A DNA stretch of 64,000 nt from Candidatus Bathyarchaeota archaeon. Lineage in GTDB: Archaea; Thermoproteota; Bathyarchaeia; Bathyarchaeales; Bathycorpusculaceae. This document shows positions 41,300 through 49,227 of the stretch, in pieces. The stretch is taken from NCBI GenBank assembly GCA_963733095.1, contig CAVTBV010000001.1:64001-128000 (forward strand). The letters are read 5' to 3'. The notes beneath the pieces are model-generated. The model was given only the letters and a program-made list of their open reading frames with translations. It searched no databases and was not told where the DNA came from. The position numbers were made by a program, and so were the translations under genes. Position 1 is the stretch's first letter; each line of letters starts with the position of its first letter.

Positions 41300-41318
41300 T
41301 TTAATGAAGGCATGACTT

Positions 41319-42059
41319 ATGGGAAAACGAATTCGTGTTCAAAGACGTGGTCGCGGTGGACGAAACTTCCGCGCCAACACTCACAAACGGGTTGCTCCAG
41401 CAAAGTATCCACCGATAGCACCAAAACAGTCTTTTGAAGCTTCAATAATGGGCACCATTACAGAACTTGTACATGACCCAGGTCGGGGTGCACCATTGTC
41501 GCTTGTTAAATTCGAGAACGGTTTATCAATCTATACTGTTGTCCCTGAAGGTGTTTTCACCGGGCAACAAATCTGTTATGGCGGGAAAGCTCCGGCTGAA
41601 ATAGGAAACATTATTCCTCTGGGAAGAGTTCCTGAAGGAACTATTGTTTGTGATCTTGAGCTTCGTCCAGGTGATGGAGGAAAGATGGCAAAGTCTTCAG
41701 GCGCTTATGCTACCGTTGTCGGTCACACTCCGCAGGGTACCATGGTCCGATTGCCTTCTGGGCGAACTCGATACGTTAACGATTACTGTTTATCTACTGT
41801 CGGCGTAATTTCCGCTTCTGGACGCATCGAGAAACCGTTCCTTAAGGCAGGCGAAAAATTCCACCAAATGAAAGCTAAAGGACATACCTATCCAAGAACT
41901 AGCGGTCGCAAAATGGTTCCAGCTGTTCACCCATTCGGAAGCAGCAAACGTAGCTCTCGCAGATGCACAACAACATCGCATGGCGCTCCACCAGGACAGA
42001 AAGTCGGATTAATCGCTGCTAGAGGTCCAGGACAGAAGAAGAAACGGGCAATACGCTAA
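41319..42059 (+). CDS. rpl2: 50S ribosomal protein uL2
   Basis: MGKRIRVQRRGRG, HDPGRGAP, RPGDGGK, LPSG, APPGQKVG. Confidence 0.96.
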   Translation: MGKRIRVQRRGRGGRNFRANTHKRVAPAKYPPIAPKQSFEASIMGTITELVHDPGRGAPLSLVKFENGLSIYTVVPEGVFTGQQICYGGKAPAEIGNIIPLGRVPEGTIVCDLELRPGDGGKMAKSSGAYATVVGHTPQGTMVRLPSGRTRYVNDYCLSTVGVISASGRIEKPFLKAGEKFHQMKAKGHTYPRTSGRKMVPAVHPFGSSKRSSRRCTTTSHGAPPGQKVGLIAARGPGQKKKRAIR

Positions 42060-42104
42060 GGAAACTATAATAGAGGATAAAATTAAGTTTAGGAAAGATG
42101 AAAG

Positions 42105-42509
42105 ATGCCGAAAGAATTTAGCTACCGTGGACAAAGTCTTGCCAGTTTAACAGGCATGTCCATGGATGAATTCATCAACATGCTTCCCTCCCGTCAACGC
42201 AGAAGCCTACAACGAGGGCTAACACCAGAACAACGCATACTGCTTGAAAAACTGCGCGAAGCAAAAGAAGCCCAAAAACAAGGCAAAGACGTCAACATCA
42301 AAACACACGTCCGCGACCTAATCATTCTGCCAGAAATGGTTGGCGCAAAAATCGCCGTTCACAACGGCAAAGATTTTGTCGCCATGGAAATTAGGCCAGA
42401 AATGATCGGTCATTACCTTGGAGAATTCGCCATAACTAACAAGCCTGTTAGGCATGGAACTCCAGGTATCGGTGCGTCGCGTTCGTCAATGTATGTGCCG
42501 CTAAAATAA
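42105..42509 (+). CDS. rps19: 30S ribosomal protein uS19
   Basis: [38 protein letters not shown]. Confidence 0.97.
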   Translation: MPKEFSYRGQSLASLTGMSMDEFINMLPSRQRRSLQRGLTPEQRILLEKLREAKEAQKQGKDVNIKTHVRDLIILPEMVGAKIAVHNGKDFVAMEIRPEMIGHYLGEFAITNKPVRHGTPGIGASRSSMYVPLK

Positions 42510-42618
42510 CCTGTTTCTTTTCTTTATTTTCTTTGTTTTGTTGATGCTTTCACACACGGGAAACTTTGCCTACTTATTTCAACATTTTAATAGCATTGAA
42601 GGGATCAATATGCTCTGT

Positions 42619-42741
42619 CCTCTTAGAGATTTCTTGACCCCTCTCTTGTTTCTGCAATGAGTTTTAATATTTTTCAAATAGGCGCCTTGCCCTCTATGGT
42701 TTGAACATAGAACCTCTATTAAGTCCTAATAGGTTCGTAAA
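42619..42741 (+). repeat. dispersed repeat, two tandem degenerate copies (B1 42638-42659, B2 42690-42741)
   Basis: CCCCTCTCTTGTTTCTGCAATG and CCCTCTATGGTTTGAACATAGAACCTCTATTAAGTCCTAATAGGTTCGTAAA. Confidence 0.75.
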
Positions 42742-42933
42742 AGCCTCCCATCTATGGGTGAGGTGAATAGATTGAAGATAGGATGCGAATAGAATATTGC
42801 AAGCTTTAACTGGATGCTCCGTTGGTGGTTTTGCCAATTTAGATAAACGTTAATAGTGCATCCAGTTAGTTTCTAGTGAGGCTTTTGGGCATGTTTAGTT
42901 TTCAGTCACGCGTATCGCGTTTTTGCAACTGTA

Positions 42934-43685
42934 GTGTCCAAAAGGACGTTTTGCTCGTTTTTCCCGGAAAATTCAAAGCACCCGACCCTCAAGTTCCCCT
43001 CGCCTTTTTACATATTGCAGCCTTAAGCGGGAAGGTTTTAGCACTCGAATTCTCGACATGCGCCTCGAAGACTACCGTCAAGTTCAGGTGGACAATCCAG
43101 TTTTGTGGACATAAGTTGCATGAGCGGTTTGCAAATCAAGTATGCCTTAGAATTTGCCAAATGTGCGAAATCAGAATCCTTCTTGCCCACTTGTTTGGGG
43201 CGGCGTTCACCCACCATTTGCTGCCCGAGCAGACAGCGATTAACGATTTTGTCGACATTATTGTGCGAGGCGAGGCGGTGATTATTTAGCAGAAACTTTC
43301 GATTTAATGGATAAGTTGCGCGAGGTAAACCCTAAAACACAGCATTACGGCATTTTCGTATATACACCATTCCCAAGCACAGTTATGCAGTATTTGCCAT
43401 CAGAGTTTATGCTTCCCCAATCGCTTGAAGAATGGGGCAGCGTACAAGTTTTCCATTTCAACCCAACATGGAATAGCAAAGAACAAAGCGAAAAATTGCA
43501 CGCCATCTCCGCAGTCTCCCGGCTAGCCTTTTATCCGGAGTCAAGAATCAAAGAACGTTATTTAGCATTTCAAGTTCGCTTGCGGTATAATGAATAGGCT
43601 TGAAAAATACCGTTGGCAACACAGAAACTTATGATTTTCCAGTTGAATTGAAAATGGCTGAGGCCATGGCAAGTTTAAGGGTTTT
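42934..43685 (+). pseudogene. B12-binding radical SAM enzyme, decayed
   Basis: KDVLLVFP, RILDMR, SCMSGLQI, VWGGVHP and PEQTA...DIIVRGE in shifting frames; the CxxxCxxC core is missing; C-terminal YTPFPST. Confidence 0.8.
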
Positions 43686-43687
43686 CT

Positions 43688-44116
43688 TTAGGCGCTGTAG
43701 TCTCGTCCTTCAGGTTTTGTGCTTACGGGTTTTCCAGCTTCAGGAATCTGCGGCAGTGGAATAGGTGGCGGAATATTTAGTGTTCTTGAAATAAGCACCG
43801 ACTCGATGAATACAACGTTAGATACTGACTGGATTATTATCTGCGCTGGAGGCTTTTTCTGCTCGTAATCTTTTAGGACTTTGTCCACTTCATTTTTTTC
43901 GCCGTTTACATAGGCAATCCCCTTGATGCTCATTTGTGCAATTGAGGGGTTGTAGACGATAGACAAAACAAATGGCACCTCTAAGGATTCATCCTGCTTT
44001 TTTTCCATGCCAACAACATTAATATTAGTGTTAATCTGAATGGGCGGAATTGGTTTTCTGATGTCCCAGAAGCGTTCAGCAGAAACGCTAGTTATAACTA
44101 CGTTCACTCTAAGCAT
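43688..44116 (-). CDS. conserved archaeal hypothetical protein
   Basis: co-oriented downstream of rps27ae; beta-rich N-half, helix, PPPIPLP tail. Confidence 0.8.
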   Translation of the reverse strand: MLRVNVVITSVSAERFWDIRKPIPPIQINTNINVVGMEKKQDESLEVPFVLSIVYNPSIAQMSIKGIAYVNGEKNEVDKVLKDYEQKKPPAQIIIQSVSNVVFIESVLISRTLNIPPPIPLPQIPEAGKPVSTKPEGRDYSA

Positions 44117-44167
44117 GACGGGTCAAAAAGAATAATTGCAGTTGGAAGATTTAAAACTGCTTACTGT

Positions 44168-44389
44168 TTACTTCTGCTTGTAGCGTGTAAAGCCACAGTG
44201 ACCGCAAGTGTACCTGTCATGGTGATCTCCCATGAAGTATCCTGGTCCACAACGCTCGCAAGTCGGGCGTGCCCGCGAGACTTTATCTCCTTCAGCCTTG
44301 TACATTACGCTAACACCTTTTTTGCCTTTGGGTTTTTTCTCACTTTTCTTCTCTGGCTTTGCTTCTTCTTTCTTTTGAGCAGCTGACAT
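44168..44389 (-). CDS. rps27ae: 30S ribosomal protein eS31 (S27ae)
   Basis: CERCGPGYFMGDHHDRYTCGHCG. Confidence 0.95.
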   Translation of the reverse strand: MSAAQKKEEAKPEKKSEKKPKGKKGVSVMYKAEGDKVSRARPTCERCGPGYFMGDHHDRYTCGHCGFTRYKQK

Positions 44390-44697
44390 TATGCGGTCGC
44401 CTCTTCCTTGGGTTTAGGTGGACTGTTACGTTTCCTGATGTATTCAGGTTCAACTATTTTTGCTTGATTAACGGATTGGTAAACGTTAGCAACTCCAACA
44501 GTTATGCTGGTTCCTGTTTTGGTGCGCATTCTTTTAATGAACACGACATCGTCGCCAAGTTTCATTTCGATAGCTACGGCTTTCTTTACCTCTAGCCTTG
44601 GAGGAGTTTTCTCTTTTGGACCCGAAACTATGGTGAAGCCGACTTCTTTCCGCTTCAGAAGCGGGTTATCCTTGGTTGAATCTATTTTGACTTGCAT
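44389..44697 (-). CDS. rps24e: 30S ribosomal protein eS24
   Basis: NPLLKRKEV, TPPRLEV, EPEYIRKRN. Confidence 0.93.
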   Translation of the reverse strand: MQVKIDSTKDNPLLKRKEVGFTIVSGPKEKTPPRLEVKKAVAIEMKLGDDVVFIKRMRTKTGTSITVGVANVYQSVNQAKIVEPEYIRKRNSPPKPKEEATA

Positions 44698-44740
44698 TAA
44701 TGTTCACTTAAGGCGTAGATTCATACAATAAGCTTCTTAT

Positions 44741-45283
44741 TTAGCTTTTCGAAGATTTCATGGCGTTTAAGAGCTCTTGAGCCCGAGCTTTCCTCTCAGA
44801 TGTTACTTTAACGACCACAATACCACAATGTGGCTGTCCGTAGACAACAAAAGCGGTTTCTGGCGCGTACAAAACAGCTATGAGAGTTAACAAGTCTTCT
44901 TCGCCCTCAACCACTATATGAGTGTGTTCATCTCTTTCTAAAGCTTCTTTGACAGCAAAGATTGCTTCTTGAGTTATCGTTCCCTGGGGATTACTCACTC
45001 GCACCGTTTTCTCAACAGGCTCTTCTTTGGGTACAGGCTGGGTTCTTAGTGAAATGTTGTCGATGATTGTTAACTGAGGATTGATGTTGTGTTTGTGGAG
45101 GTTACTGGAGACGATGTCGCCGACAGAAATTATCTTTGGCGGCCTTTCTTTTTCAACCATTTCCTTCATTTTAGCCATGGTTTCTTCAACAGTGCCCTGA
45201 ATTAAGCTGCCAAAGGGGGCTTTTAGTTTCATGCGCAGTTCAGGCGTTAGGATGTACGCTACTATCATCGTTTGAACCTGCAA
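44741..45283 (-). CDS. GTP-dependent dephospho-CoA kinase (DUF359)
   Basis: LKAPFG, SVGDIVS, NPQGTIT, GEEDLL, YGQP. Confidence 0.9.
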   Translation of the reverse strand: MQVQTMIVAYILTPELRMKLKAPFGSLIQGTVEETMAKMKEMVEKERPPKIISVGDIVSSNLHKHNINPQLTIIDNISLRTQPVPKEEPVEKTVRVSNPQGTITQEAIFAVKEALERDEHTHIVVEGEEDLLTLIAVLYAPETAFVVYGQPHCGIVVVKVTSERKARAQELLNAMKSSKS

Positions 45284-45328
45284 AATAGAAAATGCCCGGT
45301 AGGTTATGAAGCTACCGCGAACCAGGAA

Positions 45329-45514
45329 TTAACGAACTTTTAAGGCGTACCGGCCTTTTTCTTTGATGTTCATCGCTTTTGCAATGGCTGAAGTTTCTGG
45401 GTCAAACATAACTACTAAGCCACTGAAATCTTCACTAAAATTGGTTGATTTGCATCTTGAGCAAACGTTGTCTTTACCTATGTAATGGCAGTTTGTGCAT
45501 GCTTTTTCGCTCAT
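45329..45514 (-). CDS. spt4: transcription elongation factor Spt4
   Basis: ACTNC...CSRC, FSGLVVMFDPETSAIAK, GRYALKVR. Confidence 0.93.
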   Translation of the reverse strand: MSEKACTNCHYIGKDNVCSRCKSTNFSEDFSGLVVMFDPETSAIAKAMNIKEKGRYALKVR

Positions 45515-45528
45515 TCAAATCAATCCTC

Positions 45529-46119
45529 TTATGCAGCCTTTTCTGGGGTTTCCGCTACTTTCTTATCAGATGCATTCTTGGTTTGGTCAATCTTTAACCA
45601 GTCTAATTTGCCTAGGAATGGTTGCCTTGCGGTGACGCCGATTTTGCCTGAGCTTCCAATTCTGCCCAAAGACACTGCCGTAATCCTGACGCGCACTTGG
45701 TCGCCTGTTGTTAGTTTACGTTTGCTTTCTTTTCCCAAAAGGACGCCTTGTTTTTCGTCGTAGGAGATGTAGTCATCCATGAGTTGTGAAACGTGTAGCA
45801 ATGCGTCGACTGGTCCGATGCGTACAAAAGCGCCAAAATCTGCTATTTCAACCACATCGCCTTCCACGATTTCCTGAATTATAGGATAGAAGGCTAATAA
45901 AGAAAAGGTTACTTTGTGGAATGTTGCGCCGTCGCCAGGTATGATTTTGCCTATAGGGCTAACTTGTATACCTGTAACTGCTATGACGTATCCTAGTTCT
46001 TCATCCACGATTCCTTCATACTTCTGTTTGACCTGTTCGCGGCCAACTTTTTCAAGTGGCTTGCCGAAGGTTTCGGGTGGAATGCGGATAGTGTCTTGAA
46101 GAGTAATTAGTTTGAACAT
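45529..46119 (-). CDS. rpo7: RNA polymerase subunit Rpo7 (E')
   Basis: IRIPP, GKIIPGDGA, FGAFVRIGPVDALLHVSQ, RQPFLGK. Confidence 0.95.
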   Translation of the reverse strand: MFKLITLQDTIRIPPETFGKPLEKVGREQVKQKYEGIVDEELGYVIAVTGIQVSPIGKIIPGDGATFHKVTFSLLAFYPIIQEIVEGDVVEIADFGAFVRIGPVDALLHVSQLMDDYISYDEKQGVLLGKESKRKLTTGDQVRVRITAVSLGRIGSSGKIGVTARQPFLGKLDWLKIDQTKNASDKKVAETPEKAA

Positions 46120-46548
46120 CTACGATATCATCCCGTCAATGTATAGACGCGATTTTTGTCTCACATAAATCACTGGCACACTTATATCTCTTAGCTTCTT
46201 CTTTAATTGTATATCGTTTGTAAACACAGTAGAATTCCAGTTTTTAGCAACCTTAACGATAGCATCGTCTGTAGTTAACTTTTCATCGTTTTCGACTGGC
46301 ACGTACTTGCATTTTTCAGCCAGCTTCAATGCAAAAGATGCTTCCCTGCGAATCTTCGGTGAATCCTTAGCTGCAAGAATTTCGAGTTCACGCTTAACAG
46401 TCGAGAGCAAAACAAACTCTACATTTCGATTCAAGAGCCTCCGAAGTTCTTCGAAAATGTCAATCTTAAACTCCAAAGGAACAAACAGGGCGTTGGAATC
46501 TAAAATTACCTTAAGTGGCTGGTTTTTTTTAGGCTGTGAAGCCGACAC
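46120..46548 (-). CDS. PIN-domain protein (Fcf1/Utp24-like)
   Basis: VILDSNAL, TDDAI, TNDIQLKKKL, VIYVRQK. Confidence 0.88.
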   Translation of the reverse strand: MSASQPKKNQPLKVILDSNALFVPLEFKIDIFEELRRLLNRNVEFVLLSTVKRELEILAAKDSPKIRREASFALKLAEKCKYVPVENDEKLTTDDAIVKVAKNWNSTVFTNDIQLKKKLRDISVPVIYVRQKSRLYIDGMIS

Positions 46549-46666
46549 TTGACAGGGCTCCTGGCTTGTAACGTTAATTTTGGAAGCTTAAAACATTTTG
46601 CGTTGCGGTTTAGGCTCAAGTTGCTTTAACTTTAAATAACCGAATAAACGAATTGAGAACAGCTAG

Positions 46667-47107
46667 GTGAATTTAGTGATTCGCGAGAAATCATGTGGTG
46701 CCGTCGTATTCCTCAAAAAAGAAGATCAGACAAAGTATCTTCTCCTCAATTATGCCGCAGGACATTGGGATTTTGTTAAAGGCAATGTTGAACCGGGAGA
46801 AACTGAAAAAGAAACAGTGCTCCGTGAACTTCAAGAGGAAACCGGAATAACAGACGCCACCTTCATAGATGACTTCAAAGAAACCATCGTTTACTTCTAC
46901 CGACGACAAGGTTTAACAGTTCACAAAGAAGTCGTGTTCTTCATAATCGAAACCCATACAGAAAAGGTAGAGTTGTCTTTCGAGCATGTGGGTTTTATTT
47001 GGCTTGATTATAACCGAGCAATGGAAATACTGAATTTCAAAAATGCTAAGGATGTGCTGAAGAAAGCATATGATTTCCTAAAGAAACAGGGCGCAATAAA
47101 AGACTAA
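46667..47107 (+). CDS. NUDIX hydrolase (Ap4A hydrolase-like)
   Basis: SCGAVVF, HWDFVKG, Nudix box GNVEPGETEKETVLRELQEETG, LSFEH. Confidence 0.9.
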   Translation: MNLVIREKSCGAVVFLKKEDQTKYLLLNYAAGHWDFVKGNVEPGETEKETVLRELQEETGITDATFIDDFKETIVYFYRRQGLTVHKEVVFFIIETHTEKVELSFEHVGFIWLDYNRAMEILNFKNAKDVLKKAYDFLKKQGAIKD

Positions 47108-47111
47108 GCCC

Positions 47112-48359
47112 TTATTTTACGAGTCCGTACCCGATGAGTCTCCATCGTGCAGTTATCTTTCTGCTGATGGCAACTCTTGAGCCTGGCAAGGCACAGATGG
47201 GTCTTGTCAACTTTACTTTTATTACGTTCTGCTTGATTGAGATAACTTTGCCAACGTTCACGGCGGAACCAACATGGAGCAATAGCGTTTCGTCTGGGTT
47301 GATTTTTTCAACCTTCAGGAGTTCTTTGGTTCCAACGGCACGTTCCAAAACATGGGTTTCCAACGTGAGCTCTGTTAATGTTGGGGGAAGTTGGCCTGTT
47401 TTTCCTGCGATGCTTCCCGTTAACCCGTCTGCTTTTGAGTAGGATGGGTCAAGGCATGTTCCAACACCGACCAATCCTCCGCATGTGGCTTCTTGGACAT
47501 CGTCATTGCCAGCTTGGAGGCTAACAATTTCGCTGATTAAAGGGTCGTAGACTGTTTTACCTTCTCGTTCAGCCATAACGCCCGGGCGGATTTCTATTTC
47601 TTCTCCAACCTCAAATTTTCCTTGTGCTATAGTTCCACCGATGATGCCGCCTTCCAACCCCTCAATAGTTGTTCCAGGTTTGTTAACATCAAAAGAGCGT
47701 ATGATGAACATCATTGGCGGTTTGGTTTCGTCCCGCTTTGGAGTGGGAATTATAGTTTGTATGGCGTTTAGAAGTACATCTATGTTTATTCCTCTTTGCG
47801 CTGAGATTGGAATAATTGGAGCGTTTTCAGCTACCGTGCCCTTGACGAACGCTTTTATTTCTTTGTAGCTCTCTATCGCTCTTTTCTCGTCTACGATGTC
47901 AATTTTGTTCTGGACTATAATTAGGTTTTTTATGCCGCTGACTTCTGCAGCCGCAAGGTGTTCTCGTGTCTGCGGTTGAGGACATGGTTCGTCGGCTGCT
48001 ATTACTAAGATTGCGCCGTCCATTATTGCTGCGCCAGAAAGCATCGTAGCCATCAAGGCCTCGTGACCTGGTGCGTCAACAAAGCTTATGGCCCGGACAA
48101 ATTCTGCTTCTGAATTGCAGTTTTCGCAGAAAGGTTTGATAGTAAAGTTTTTTGGTGGTTCACACTTGGGGCACTTGTAGATTGGCATGTCGGCGTAGCC
48201 GAGTTTTATGGTGATGCCCCTTTTGAGTTCTTCACTGTGTCGTGATGCCCAAGTTCCAGTTAACGATTGAACCAAAGTTGTTTTTCCATGGTCTACATGT
48301 CCGATGGTGCCAATGTTTACTTCTGGCTGTTTAGGCAAGGCTTTACTAGTGTTACTCAT
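47112..48359 (-). CDS. eif2g: translation initiation factor aIF2 gamma
   Basis: GHVDHGKTT, RGITIKLGY, DAPGHE, QNKID, WRLIGYG. Confidence 0.97.
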   Translation of the reverse strand: MSNTSKALPKQPEVNIGTIGHVDHGKTTLVQSLTGTWASRHSEELKRGITIKLGYADMPIYKCPKCEPPKNFTIKPFCENCNSEAEFVRAISFVDAPGHEALMATMLSGAAIMDGAILVIAADEPCPQPQTREHLAAAEVSGIKNLIIVQNKIDIVDEKRAIESYKEIKAFVKGTVAENAPIIPISAQRGINIDVLLNAIQTIIPTPKRDETKPPMMFIIRSFDVNKPGTTIEGLEGGIIGGTIAQGKFEVGEEIEIRPGVMAEREGKTVYDPLISEIVSLQAGNDDVQEATCGGLVGVGTCLDPSYSKADGLTGSIAGKTGQLPPTLTELTLETHVLERAVGTKELLKVEKINPDETLLLHVGSAVNVGKVISIKQNVIKVKLTRPICALPGSRVAISRKITARWRLIGYGLVK

Positions 48360-48455
48360 AGGATTCTTCTTCTTTCCAATAAATACTGACGAATAAAGGA
48401 TGAATTAATTATAGACGTTTATAAGGTTTAAGCATGCCCTCATGTAAAACCGCGT

Positions 48456-48845
48456 TTATTTTGTAGCTTGCTCTGGCTTGGCTTCTGCGGGCTTTGCTGG
48501 TCTTTCAACAATTTTCATGTTGATTTGAGCTATCTCATCGGTAATGATGTTTCCTCGTACAGTTTTGCGTCTTCTTTCGCCCTTTTTCTCTGCTTTAAAA
48601 CCTGCTCCGCCGCTTAACACAACTCTTCGTCGTACGCCGCCATGGACATTTCCCCTCATGGGAACACCGTCTTTGTCGGAACCGCCTAAGATTTGGACTG
48701 TGTGTGCTGGTAAATCTACTGCTGAGCCATCTAGTGTTTCGCCTAATCGTCTTCCTATGAAGGGTGCTGCGCGTGCTTCTTCAAGCTCTACTACTTTGGA
48801 TGTTCCAGCTTCGGGATCGGAAACTATTACCTTAAACTTTGCCAT
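48456..48845 (-). CDS. rps6e: 30S ribosomal protein eS6
   Basis: GGSDKDGVPM, GERRRKTVRG, QINMKI. Confidence 0.95.
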   Translation of the reverse strand: MAKFKVIVSDPEAGTSKVVELEEARAAPFIGRRLGETLDGSAVDLPAHTVQILGGSDKDGVPMRGNVHGGVRRRVVLSGGAGFKAEKKGERRRKTVRGNIITDEIAQINMKIVERPAKPAEAKPEQATK

Positions 48846-49227
48846 GATTATCTCTCCAGCGGAGTATGAAATTGGGTGCTCTCTCTATTAAGGATTTATG
48901 CAGAGTTATTTTATTTAGAGAGATGTATTTAGTCCCTTGGTTGTTTTAGTTTGCGGTAAAGTTGTAGTTGTATTCGGTTATTTTTACTTCATTGTATTTT
49001 ACTCATCACGCCTTGTTTACTGCGGCTAAGTTCCAAGAGTATTTAATTGGATAACTTAGCTTGAAACTTGTTATAATCCCATAAACATAGTTTGTAGCTG
49101 CTGTATATGTGGTAATATTTTAAGTTATGTTGGAACATGTATGAAGCCAACATACGTTTTTATTACCTTTCCGAAGAGGTGTATGACTTATACACACTTC
49201 TGTGTATAAAAAAGGAGAAAAGAACAA

